Assembly: GCA_902629505.1 (NCBI GenBank) | Contig: CACORF010000003.1 | Coordinates: 11,939-75,938, forward strand | DNA from: an uncultured Bacteroidota bacterium | GTDB lineage: Bacteria > Bacteroidota > Bacteroidia > Flavobacteriales > Flavobacteriaceae | Length of the DNA: 64,000 bases | Reading direction: 5' to 3' | Shown: in pieces, positions 8,202-16,787 of the stretch | Layout: the number at the start of each line of letters is the position of its first letter | Position numbering within the stretch: position 1 is the first letter of the stretch | Position numbers and translations under genes: made by a program | Notes under the pieces: generated by a model | The model's input: the letters and a program-made list of their open reading frames with translations, nothing else | What the model was told of the DNA's origin: nothing | Databases searched by the model: none

Positions 8202-9551
8202 ATGCTTGAAATGTTTGATATTATTGAGAACTACATAAATCAAATTATTATACCATTAAATTGGTTAATGCTTATCCTAATTATTGGGGGTGGTATTTAT
8301 TTAACACTTATTTCTAAAGCTAACCCTTTGATAAAAATTAGTCAAGGTTTCAAGCTACTCTTGATAAAAGACAATTCAGCAATAGGTATTTCAAGATTTC
8401 AAGCTTTATCAGCTGTTCTTGCAGCAACTGTTGGTCTTGGGAATATTTCAGGTGTTTCAATTGCAATTCATCAAGGTGGTCCAGGTGTCCTTGTTTGGAT
8501 GTGGGTTACTGCCCTTATTGGGGCTACAATTAAATTTTTTTCCTGCTCACTGGCCGTTAGCCTGAGAGAAAAAGATGAGGATGGAGATTATTTAGGAGGA
8601 CCTATGTATTATATGACTTTAGGAATAAAAAAGTGGGGTAAACCTCTAGCAATTTGGTTTTCTATTGCAGGATTAATTGGTGTACTTCCAGCATTTACTG
8701 CAAATCAATTAACTCAATCGTACATAGATGTTATAAACCCAAATGCTATGTTTGATTTGGGGGATAGTAACTGGAAGCTTATAATAGGTGTTATTTTTAC
8801 AATATTAACTTCGGTCGTAATTTTTGGAGGACTTAAATCTATTGTGCGTGTAACCTCTGGACTAGTTCCAATTATGGTAATACTATATTTCATTTTGGGA
8901 TTATTTATTTTGGTGTCTAATGCAAGTGTTGTTCCCTCTACTTTTATATTAATTTTTAGTGAAGCTTTTAATTTTAACACAATGGTTCAAGGTGGATTTT
9001 GGGGGCTTGTTCTAATTGGTATTCGAAGAGCTGTTTTTTCAAGTGAGAGTGGTGTAGGTTTAGCACCTATTTATCATGGCCAGTCATCAACTAGAAAGGG
9101 AACGGATGAGGGCTTAGTGGGTATGCTTGGACCTATTTTAGATACAATTTTAGTATGTACAATAACTGGACTAATTATTATTATCAGTGGTGCTTATCTT
9201 GAAAGTGATCTAAATGGAATTGTTCTTTCGTTAGAAGCTTTCAGGAGATTATTCTTTGGTTTTGGAGATTATATTTTAATTATAATGATTTCAGTATTTG
9301 GAATATCTACACTTTTCACATATTCTTATTATGGTGTTAAATGCTATGGCTTTTTGACTTCACCAAAAAAAGGCAAGTATTACAATATTATATATATCAG
9401 CGCAATTATTATATCATCAATTCTTACTGTAGAGATAGTTATTGGATTAATTGATGTTGCATTCGCATTAATGGCAATTCCTAATATGATTGCAATAATA
9501 TTCTTGTCAAAAGTTGTCACAAAAGAAATGAAAGAGAGGTCTTGGATTTAG
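8202..9551 (+). CDS. Alanine/glycine:cation symporter (AGCS) family transporter
   Basis: 'GLGNISGVSIAIHQGGPGVLVWMWVTALIG' is the AGCS signature region. Polytopic. An alternative ATG is at 8211. Confidence 0.8.
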   Translation: MLEMFDIIENYINQIIIPLNWLMLILIIGGGIYLTLISKANPLIKISQGFKLLLIKDNSAIGISRFQALSAVLAATVGLGNISGVSIAIHQGGPGVLVWMWVTALIGATIKFFSCSLAVSLREKDEDGDYLGGPMYYMTLGIKKWGKPLAIWFSIAGLIGVLPAFTANQLTQSYIDVINPNAMFDLGDSNWKLIIGVIFTILTSVVIFGGLKSIVRVTSGLVPIMVILYFILGLFILVSNASVVPSTFILIFSEAFNFNTMVQGGFWGLVLIGIRRAVFSSESGVGLAPIYHGQSSTRKGTDEGLVGMLGPILDTILVCTITGLIIIISGAYLESDLNGIVLSLEAFRRLFFGFGDYILIIMISVFGISTLFTYSYYGVKCYGFLTSPKKGKYYNIIYISAIIISSILTVEIVIGLIDVAFALMAIPNMIAIIFLSKVVTKEMKERSWI

Positions 9552-10981
9552 TCCACATAATCAATAGGCGGTGGGCCTGGATCTAAATATGGATCGTACT
9601 CATATTCACCTATTTTTTCATCAAACTCTTTTTTAATATCCTCTCTTAATTTACTGTCTTTAAATATGTCAACCATTGTCATTCCAAGAGCTTTTGCTGC
9701 GTGAAGCATCCCCTTATGTCCGATTGACATTCCAGAACTTGCAACTACCGACCATGAATGCCATGGTACACCTTTTGGTGCAGTTGTAGCTGCTAAGCTA
9801 ACCACAGGAATATTATAACTTACATCTCCACTATCCGTTGAACCTCCTCCGGGACTTTTGAGGGTTTCTCTAAGTGGTCTTATTTTACCATCGATACCTA
9901 TTTCAGGTTTTCCATTATTTCTTTGCAGTTCCAAAGCAAACTCTATTTCCTCCTCTGTATAATAAATATCTCCAAGGGTCTCAAGGTTTTTTTGCAAAGC
10001 TGCACCTCCAACTCTATTTGGAAGAAGATCATGCACACCAGATATTAACGAAACTTTATGTTCAACATTAGCCATTATAGCTGCACCTCCAGCCATTTTT
10101 CTTACCTGCTCATAAACAGGTTGTAATCCTTCTTTAGTAATATCTCTAACTCTTACCCAAATTCTTGAATAGTCAGGCACAACATTGACAACTTTTCCTG
10201 CATCCTGAATATGATAATGCATTCTTACTGATGGCAATACGTGTTCTCTGTAGGCATTAATACCACTGGTGTAAAGTTCAAGCGCATCATTAGCAGCCCT
10301 TGCATTCCATGGATCAACAGATGCATGAGCAGTTTGCCCTGTAAATTCGACCATAAAATCAACTAATGCAAGGGATGGTTGTACATTAGCCTCTGTCTTA
10401 TCAGCTGGATGCCAGTCCATACAGATATCAACATCATCAAAAACTCCATCTCTTATCATCCAGAGTTTTCCAAAAAACTTTTCTTCTGCTGGTGTTCCAA
10501 AAAATTTTACAGTTCCATTAAGTTCTCCTCTCTCAATTAATTCTTTTACAGCAATAGCAGCGCCTAAACTTGCTGTTCCAAAAAGATTATGTCCACAACC
10601 ATGACCAGCACCACCTTCGATTAGTTCATGCCTATGAGGTAGGGTGTCCTGTGAGAGGCCTGGAAGAGCATCAAATTCACCAATTATACCAATTACTGGC
10701 TTACCTTCTCCATATGAAGCAGTAAAAGCAGTTGGCATTCCGGCAAGACCTTTTTCAACAATTAACCCATTTGCTTCAGCATATTGAATTAAATATTCTG
10801 CGGATTTATCTTCTCTGAATGCTACTTCAGCAGCTTCCCATATTTTATCACTTAGTGTGGTTAAATCAGATGTTTTCTGATCTATAGAATTTACCAACTG
10901 TTTTTTTAATTTACTAGTGCTTTGAGATTGCATTGATAAAAATGAGAATACTAACATTAAAATTGTGATAAAATTTTTCAT
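9548..10981 (-). CDS. Exported M20-family amidohydrolase (AbgB / M20D-like)
   Basis: Signal peptide MKNFITILMLVFSFLSMQSQS. 'GHGCGHNLFG' metal-binding motif, 'GTPAEEK' and 'GSTDSGDVS', typical of M20 amidohydrolases. Confidence 0.75.
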   Translation of the reverse strand: MKNFITILMLVFSFLSMQSQSTSKLKKQLVNSIDQKTSDLTTLSDKIWEAAEVAFREDKSAEYLIQYAEANGLIVEKGLAGMPTAFTASYGEGKPVIGIIGEFDALPGLSQDTLPHRHELIEGGAGHGCGHNLFGTASLGAAIAVKELIERGELNGTVKFFGTPAEEKFFGKLWMIRDGVFDDVDICMDWHPADKTEANVQPSLALVDFMVEFTGQTAHASVDPWNARAANDALELYTSGINAYREHVLPSVRMHYHIQDAGKVVNVVPDYSRIWVRVRDITKEGLQPVYEQVRKMAGGAAIMANVEHKVSLISGVHDLLPNRVGGAALQKNLETLGDIYYTEEEIEFALELQRNNGKPEIGIDGKIRPLRETLKSPGGGSTDSGDVSYNIPVVSLAATTAPKGVPWHSWSVVASSGMSIGHKGMLHAAKALGMTMVDIFKDSKLREDIKKEFDEKIGEYEYDPYLDPGPPPIDYVD

Positions 10982-11041
10982 TATTTGATAATTTAAGGTT
11001 TACTTAAGAACCTAATTTACAAATAATATTTATTTTCGAAT

Positions 11042-11491
11042 ATGAGATTATTTAAGGATGTTAAGGGGAATAATATTGATCCAGTTAATCACACATTGTC
11101 AATTTTAAAAGAATATCCTTATGCAAAAATTCATATAGGTTCTGACTCTCAAAATGTTGGTAAAAAAACAAACTATACCAGTGTAATTGCTTATAGGCTT
11201 GGTACTAGAGGAGTACATTATATTTTAAGCAAATCTTCATGTGAAGTAATAAATGACATATGGAAAAGACTTTGGCTAGAAGCTGAGTACAGTATTAAGG
11301 TTGCCGAATGGCTAACTAAACAGGTAAGTGTTCAAGTTGAAATTGATATGGATTATAATTCTGATGAAAATCACAAATCAAATAAACTTATTTCAGCAAC
11401 AAAAGGCTGGGCTAATTCTTTAGGTTATAAAGTTAATGTGAAACCAAATAATCAGATAGCAACGAGAGCTGCTGATCATCATTGTAAGTAA
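11042..11491 (+). CDS. DUF458 / YkuK-like RNase H-fold protein
   Basis: 'KIHIGSDSQ' near the N-terminus and a C-terminal 'KPNNQIATRAADHHCK'. These parallel my recollection of B. subtilis YkuK (IGTDSQ ... KPDSFVASSYANRYTK). Confidence 0.55.
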   Translation: MRLFKDVKGNNIDPVNHTLSILKEYPYAKIHIGSDSQNVGKKTNYTSVIAYRLGTRGVHYILSKSSCEVINDIWKRLWLEAEYSIKVAEWLTKQVSVQVEIDMDYNSDENHKSNKLISATKGWANSLGYKVNVKPNNQIATRAADHHCK

Positions 11492-12523
11492 TTATATTAA
11501 TTGATTAAAGATTTTTTCACCTCCATACCTTATAACATCAGTAGCTGGAAGTCCAGTAATTTTTTCAGTCTTTTTTATAAATTCCTTTGCATCCTTATCA
11601 GACATTTCAACTGTATTAAGAGCAACACCGATGACTTTAGAATTTGGATAAGTACCTAAAACTGAAGATAAATCTTCATTCAGTTTTATAAATTTTTTTA
11701 AATCAGGAATTTTAATATTCTCTAGAGATCTCAATGAATCATTTCTTGCTATGTGGCACAAAATCATATGAGTTGGACATGTTCCTCTCATCAAAGGTAG
11801 TGTTGCTGAGCTTCCTGGGTGGAGAATTGAACCTTGACCCTCTACAATAACAATATCTTTATTTTTTTGCTCAACAACTGCTGCTTCAACAGCTCCACAT
11901 GCGTGGTCAAGCTTATATGCATCTAAAGGTATACCCTTTCCAGTTACAGTAATACCTACTTGTCCAGTAGCTACAAAGCCTGTTTTGATATGCTTATCTC
12001 TTAAGTATGAATATAATTCTAATCCAACTGTCATTTTCCCTGCAGCCATATCTGTTCCAATCATCAAAACTCTTTTGTTATTTAGACTAGCAGATTTTGC
12101 AGATCCTATTTTTGGTATAAATTTAGGTACTCTAGTATCCCATATCCATTGATTTTTTTCAGTTAAATATTTTTCAAACTGAGGAAAAACCTGGTCATGT
12201 AATCCATTGATTATTGACATTCCCTTACTTAAAGATTCTTTTATTACACTATCCCATGACTCAGGTCTGATTCCACCTGACGTCAACACTCCAAGTAGAA
12301 GAACATTTGCACCCAAAGACTTTGCTTTATTTATATCTTGAACTATTGGAATATCTTTTTTTATTATTGAGACCTCTGATATTTTCCTGCCTGCAAAAAC
12401 AGAGTCTATAACACACACAATTTCGTTATCAAGATATCTGAGTGCACTTATTCCCATTTTGCCATAGTCGTCATCAATGCTTGACTCCATCCATATAGCA
12501 ATCTTATCAGTTTCTTTCAACAT
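11492..12523 (-). CDS. DUF1611-family protein (DgcN-like putative N-acetyltransferase)
   Basis: 'IGTDMAAGKMTVGLEL', 'VATGQVGI' and 'VEGQGSILHPGSSATLPLMRG' match the conserved DUF1611 blocks as I remember them. The start overlaps the upstream epimerase stop by 17 nt. Confidence 0.75.
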   Translation of the reverse strand: MLKETDKIAIWMESSIDDDYGKMGISALRYLDNEIVCVIDSVFAGRKISEVSIIKKDIPIVQDINKAKSLGANVLLLGVLTSGGIRPESWDSVIKESLSKGMSIINGLHDQVFPQFEKYLTEKNQWIWDTRVPKFIPKIGSAKSASLNNKRVLMIGTDMAAGKMTVGLELYSYLRDKHIKTGFVATGQVGITVTGKGIPLDAYKLDHACGAVEAAVVEQKNKDIVIVEGQGSILHPGSSATLPLMRGTCPTHMILCHIARNDSLRSLENIKIPDLKKFIKLNEDLSSVLGTYPNSKVIGVALNTVEMSDKDAKEFIKKTEKITGLPATDVIRYGGEKIFNQLI

Positions 12524-13565
12524 AGCTATGTGGTTTTAGTTTTGCCCCATGACCTAATTTTGAACTAGTCTTGGTTATTCCATTCACCATTAAAGAGCCT
12601 TCACTAGGGTCCGGGTCTAAATTATAGTGAGAATCTAAATCAACAAAATCAATTATACCGGTAATAGATGCTCCTGCTGATATACTTACAGATGACTCAC
12701 TCATACAACCAATCATGGTTTTTAAACCATGGGATCTTGCAACATTCAATATTCTTAGAGCCTCTGTAATACCACCACATTTCATTAGCTTTAAGTTTAC
12801 ACCATCAACATACTGATAATGTTCAGCTACATCTTCTGAAAATCTACATGATTCATCAATAAAAATTGGAAGAGGTCTACCCTCAAATAAAAACTTAAGC
12901 TTATCTTCATCTCCCTCAACTAAAGGCTGCTCTATATATTCAGCTTTTCTTTCCGATAGCCATTTCATCATTAGTTTTGCCTCATCTAAAGACCATCCTC
13001 CATTTGCATCTACTCTTATGGCTACATTTGAGTTTTTTGTTGATTCAATGACCTGAGAATAGATTAGTTTATCATACTCTATTCCTTCATTAGATCCTAA
13101 TTTAATTTTTAATGCTTTAACCTGAGAATCCTGTAATATTAATTCTATCCTCTCTTTAACAATGTCTGGTGGATTAATCCCTATAGTTAAAGATGTGGGA
13201 ACATTGGTAGGAGGAAGTCCTAAAAGTTCCTGTAAAGACATATTTGCTTTTTTTGCCTTCCAATCCCAAAGTGCTATATCAAGGCCTGCTATGGCACATG
13301 CGGGTATATTTAAATCTTTAGCTCTTTGGTGGACTTCATATAAAGAAAGGTTTTCTACATTAGAATCTATTAATCTTTTTAAATGCTTTTCAACTTCTTG
13401 AGCAGAAGTAGCTCCTTCTGTTTTACCAGGAGCACATTCTCCCCATGCTGTGATACCATCTTTTATAAATTCAACAAAAAGGTTTTGAGATTTATCATGA
13501 ACACCTCTACTTATTTGGAGAGGAAATTTTTTCTTCAGATTTACAGTATGAAAATTAAATTCCAT
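12507..13565 (-). CDS. Enolase-superfamily (MLE subgroup) dipeptide epimerase / N-acyl amino acid racemase
   Basis: 'ALKIKLG', 'RVDANGGW', 'YIEQPL', 'IFIDESC' and 'LKLMKCGG': canonical metal-ligand and catalytic-lysine blocks of L-Ala-D/L-Glu epimerase-type enzymes. Confidence 0.8.
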   Translation of the reverse strand: MEFNFHTVNLKKKFPLQISRGVHDKSQNLFVEFIKDGITAWGECAPGKTEGATSAQEVEKHLKRLIDSNVENLSLYEVHQRAKDLNIPACAIAGLDIALWDWKAKKANMSLQELLGLPPTNVPTSLTIGINPPDIVKERIELILQDSQVKALKIKLGSNEGIEYDKLIYSQVIESTKNSNVAIRVDANGGWSLDEAKLMMKWLSERKAEYIEQPLVEGDEDKLKFLFEGRPLPIFIDESCRFSEDVAEHYQYVDGVNLKLMKCGGITEALRILNVARSHGLKTMIGCMSESSVSISAGASITGIIDFVDLDSHYNLDPDPSEGSLMVNGITKTSSKLGHGAKLKPHSYVERN

Positions 13566-13582
13566 TTACTTAGATTGGTAAT

Positions 13583-13924
13583 CTAAGTTAATGGTTTTTC
13601 TTGATTTTTTTCCTTAAAACTATCAAGCGCCTCTCTTGAATAAATAGGGGTTCTATTTCTTCTTGTTATCCATTTAAGCTTTCCCTTTTCTTGATACCTA
13701 ATTAAAGTACTTTCGCTTAAACCAAGATATTCAGCTGCTTGTTTTCTTGGAAGATATTTAATGTGATCGGGTAAATTTGAACTATCAAAATCAGAAGACA
13801 TTATCTCAAGAAAACTTCTTTCGATTTGAATATCTTCTTTCTTTACTCTTCTTCCACCAAAGTAAACAGATCTTACTCCATCAGGAAAATAAATTTGGTT
13901 TATGTCATCCCACTTCTTGTTCAT
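13583..13924 (-). CDS. Small helix-turn-helix (excisionase/MerR-type HTH_17-like) DNA-binding protein
   Basis: 'RKQAAEYLGLSESTLIRYQEKGKLKW' is a typical excisionase-family HTH. 113 aa. Confidence 0.5.
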   Translation of the reverse strand: MNKKWDDINQIYFPDGVRSVYFGGRRVKKEDIQIERSFLEIMSSDFDSSNLPDHIKYLPRKQAAEYLGLSESTLIRYQEKGKLKWITRRNRTPIYSREALDSFKEKNQEKPLT

Positions 13925-13962
13925 TATTTTTTTAGCTAGTCTGTAAAGGTAGAAAAAAAAAT

Positions 13963-13970
13963 TATATTTG
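13963..13970 (+). promoter_or_regulatory. Candidate Bacteroidota -7 promoter box TATATTTG upstream of the plug-like gene pair
   Basis: Exact match to TAnnTTTG, 27 nt upstream of ATG 13998. No clear -33 TTTG. Confidence 0.35.
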
Positions 13971-13997
13971 TATGTGATTATAGATTGATATTTTACT

Positions 13998-14522
13998 ATG
14001 CAAAAATTCCTATCATTTCTATTTATTTTCTCTGTCTCAATTTCATTAAACGCTCAATCAGGAAGTAGTGGATACAACCCATCAAATTACGGGACAAGAA
14101 ACTATGGATCAGGAATCAATTCATTTAAATATGGAATCGTTGGTTCAAATCAAGATGCAACAGGATCACCTGTAGGGTTAGTTTCTGCAATAACTAGAAG
14201 AATTCCTAGTGCAAAGAAAATTTCTGATAAATTTGGGAATGAAAATATATCTCTTCGAGGTAGGGGTTCAGTTCAAGCTGCCGGAGATGAGGTGCTATGG
14301 GAAATTGATGGTGTTACGTTTGAATCTCCCCCGATGCTCAGTGTAAATGAAGTTGTTTACGTTGAAGTTATTAAGGGACTGGCAGCAACTAATAAATATG
14401 GTTCCGATGGAGCTGCTGGTGTTATTATTGTAAAAACATCCGTTAATGCTTCAAATTATGATTTGATCAATTCTCCAAAAAATTTATGGAGAAGTGTTAC
14501 TGAAAAAAGAATTAAGAAGTAA
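13998..14522 (+). CDS. Secreted plug-domain-like mini-protein, paralog 1 (no barrel)
   Basis: Signal peptide MQKFLSFLFIFSVSISLNAQ. The core 'ISLRGRGSVQAAGDEVLWEIDGVTFE..VNEVVYVEVIKGLAATNKYGSDGAAGVIIVKT' parallels the TonB-dependent-receptor plug block (IRG..S...PL.VIDG....I.SIEVLK..sA.a.YG.rGANGVI.ITT). Confidence 0.6.
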   Translation: MQKFLSFLFIFSVSISLNAQSGSSGYNPSNYGTRNYGSGINSFKYGIVGSNQDATGSPVGLVSAITRRIPSAKKISDKFGNENISLRGRGSVQAAGDEVLWEIDGVTFESPPMLSVNEVVYVEVIKGLAATNKYGSDGAAGVIIVKTSVNASNYDLINSPKNLWRSVTEKRIKK

Positions 14523-14567
14523 TTAACACTATCCTCTTTAACTTTTATTTACTTTAGTTTCAATTAT

Positions 14568-15050
14568 ATGAGATACACACAACTAATATTAATTATACTT
14601 TTTAGTAACTTATCATTCGCACAAGAAGATAAAATTGCTCAGGCACAGCAATCTGCTGTATCATCTATGTCATTGGTCGACGCCCTTTCTTCAAGAATAC
14701 CCGGAGCAAAAAGAGTTACTGATAGAATGGGAAATAAAAACATTGCTATCAGAGGTAGGCAGTCATTCAAAACTGCTGGCAATGAAGTTCTTTGGGAAAT
14801 TGATGGAGTAATTTACACTAACCCACCAGAATTATATGCAAATCAAGTAAAATATGTGGAAGTTCTTAGTGGATTAGCTGCAACGAATAAGTATGGAAGT
14901 GAAGGAGCTGCAGGAGTAATTGTTGTAAAAACTAATGTAAGTGAAGAAAAGTTTAATAGCAGAAAAAATCTTTGGAATAGATCATCACAATTTCCGAAAA
15001 AAAAGAAAGACAAAAAATCTAAGAAAAAAAAGAAGGACAAAAAATCCTAA
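14568..15050 (+). CDS. Secreted plug-domain-like mini-protein, paralog 2, with a lysine-rich tail
   Basis: Signal peptide MRYTQLILIILFSNLSFAQ. 'IAIRGRQSFKTAGNEVLWEIDGVIYT..VKYVEVLSGLAATNKYGSEGAAGVIVVKT' is collinear with paralog 1. C-terminus KKKKDKKSKKKKKDKKS. Confidence 0.6.
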   Translation: MRYTQLILIILFSNLSFAQEDKIAQAQQSAVSSMSLVDALSSRIPGAKRVTDRMGNKNIAIRGRQSFKTAGNEVLWEIDGVIYTNPPELYANQVKYVEVLSGLAATNKYGSEGAAGVIVVKTNVSEEKFNSRKNLWNRSSQFPKKKKDKKSKKKKKDKKS

Positions 15051-15094
15051 AATTCTAATACTTTAATTTTTGTAATTTTAATAAAATTTCAAAT

Positions 15095-15586
15095 TTGAAA
15101 ACAATAATTTTTAATACGTTATGTTTTTTGTTATTGTTTAGTTGCAACTCAGGAGTTACAAATAGTAAGAGTTTTTCTGATTTAGATGCTTTGCAGCTTA
15201 AAACTTCATTTATTGATTTAAACGAGAATAATTCAGATCTATCAGTCTATCAAAACGGTAAGATTGTGGTTAGTTATTGGGCTACATGGTGTGCCCCCTG
15301 TATAAAGGAAATGCCTGGCATCAAAAAAGCTGAAGAAATACTAAAAGAGTACGGATATACTTTTTTATTAATTTCTGATGAAACAGTAGATAAAATATCA
15401 AAGTTTAAAAACGAATGGAATTTTGATTTCAATTTTTTAAAATCCACTAAATCATTTGAGACACTTGGAGTGTATGCCATGCCTACTTCGTATATATTTG
15501 ATGAAAATGGGCAAATAATTGAAACTATAGTTGGAGCCATTGAATGGGATTCTGAAGAAATGATAAATAAATTGAAAATGTTGTAA
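15095..15586 (+). CDS. TlpA/ResA-like thioredoxin-fold thiol:disulfide oxidoreductase lipoprotein
   Basis: Lipobox LLLFSC, 'YWATWCAPCIKEMP' CxxC motif, and a TTG start (no in-frame ATG near the N-terminus). Confidence 0.8.
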   Translation: MKTIIFNTLCFLLLFSCNSGVTNSKSFSDLDALQLKTSFIDLNENNSDLSVYQNGKIVVSYWATWCAPCIKEMPGIKKAEEILKEYGYTFLLISDETVDKISKFKNEWNFDFNFLKSTKSFETLGVYAMPTSYIFDENGQIIETIVGAIEWDSEEMINKLKML

Positions 15587-15587
15587 T

Positions 15588-16787
15588 ATGAGAAATTTTG
15601 TTTTTGCCATATCCTTGCTAATGCTTTTTTCTTGCGCATCAAATGATATTATAATAGAAGAAATTTCTTTTATATATAACAACAATAATGCACAACCTAG
15701 TTTAGTTTCAAATAATGGTAACTTATCGTTGACTTGGATTTCTAGCGATGAGGACATGAATTCTATTTTAAATTTTAGACAATTTAAAAATAATGAATGG
15801 TCTAATACTTTAAGCTTGGCTGAAGGCTCCGACTGGTTTGTTAATTGGGCTGACTTTCCAACTCATGCAATAAGCGGTAACTTAGTTTTAACAAGTTATC
15901 TAAAAAAATCTGCCTCCGGTACATATACCTATGATGTTTTTTTAAGTCTACATAAATTATCTGGAGAAAAAGTAAAAGAAGACTTTATATTAAATACTGA
16001 TGGCTTTAAAGCAGAACATGGTTTTGTAAGTATATCCTCAAATGATAATGAAGGGTTTTTAGTTACTTGGTTAGATGGAAGAAATACTGTCAAGAAAGAT
16101 GAGAAAGGGGATCACAAGCCCATGACTATTCGATATGCAGAAATAACAAATGCCGGAGATATTATAAATGAGACTGAACTTGATTCATCAGTATGTGATT
16201 GTTGTCAGACATCAATGACATATACCAATAAAGGACCTGTTGTTGTCTATCGAGATAGAACTGAAGAAGAAGTGCGGGATATATATTTTACTCGAAATAT
16301 AAATAAGGTTTGGGAAAGCCCCATACCAGTTCATAATGATGGATGGGTAATATATGGATGTCCAGTTAATGGCCCTAAAGTTGTCTCTAATTCAAATAAT
16401 ATTGCAGTAAGTTGGTTCACTGTTTCAGATGGAATACCAAAAGTCAATCTTTCATTTTCAGAATCTTATGGCTCTTCTTTCAGTAACCCAATAAAAATTA
16501 ATGACCTTAATGCTATTGGTAGAGTTGATACTGCATTCTTAAATGAACAAGAAGTAATAGTAAGTTATATGGAAGGTGATGATGATGGGACTTATTTAAG
16601 AATAAAAAAAGTTTCAATAAATGGAATAGTTTCAAAGCCCATTACAATCTCTAAAATTGACAGTGGACGAGGCACAGGAGTACCACAATTAGAAATACTA
16701 GATGATGAAATATTTATTGTTTGGACTGTTTTTGATAATTTAAGTAATCAATTAAAAACGGTAAAATTAAGCTCTAAAGATGTTTAA
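15588..16787 (+). CDS. Uncharacterised lipoprotein, probably beta-propeller/sialidase-fold-like, with conserved-looking Cys motifs
   Basis: Lipobox LMLFSC. Repetitive beta-strand-like blocks (VSW/VTW/IVW). 'SSVCDCCQTSM' and 'YGCPVNGPK'. Starts 1 nt after the TlpA stop. Confidence 0.45.
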   Translation: MRNFVFAISLLMLFSCASNDIIIEEISFIYNNNNAQPSLVSNNGNLSLTWISSDEDMNSILNFRQFKNNEWSNTLSLAEGSDWFVNWADFPTHAISGNLVLTSYLKKSASGTYTYDVFLSLHKLSGEKVKEDFILNTDGFKAEHGFVSISSNDNEGFLVTWLDGRNTVKKDEKGDHKPMTIRYAEITNAGDIINETELDSSVCDCCQTSMTYTNKGPVVVYRDRTEEEVRDIYFTRNINKVWESPIPVHNDGWVIYGCPVNGPKVVSNSNNIAVSWFTVSDGIPKVNLSFSESYGSSFSNPIKINDLNAIGRVDTAFLNEQEVIVSYMEGDDDGTYLRIKKVSINGIVSKPITISKIDSGRGTGVPQLEILDDEIFIVWTVFDNLSNQLKTVKLSSKDV

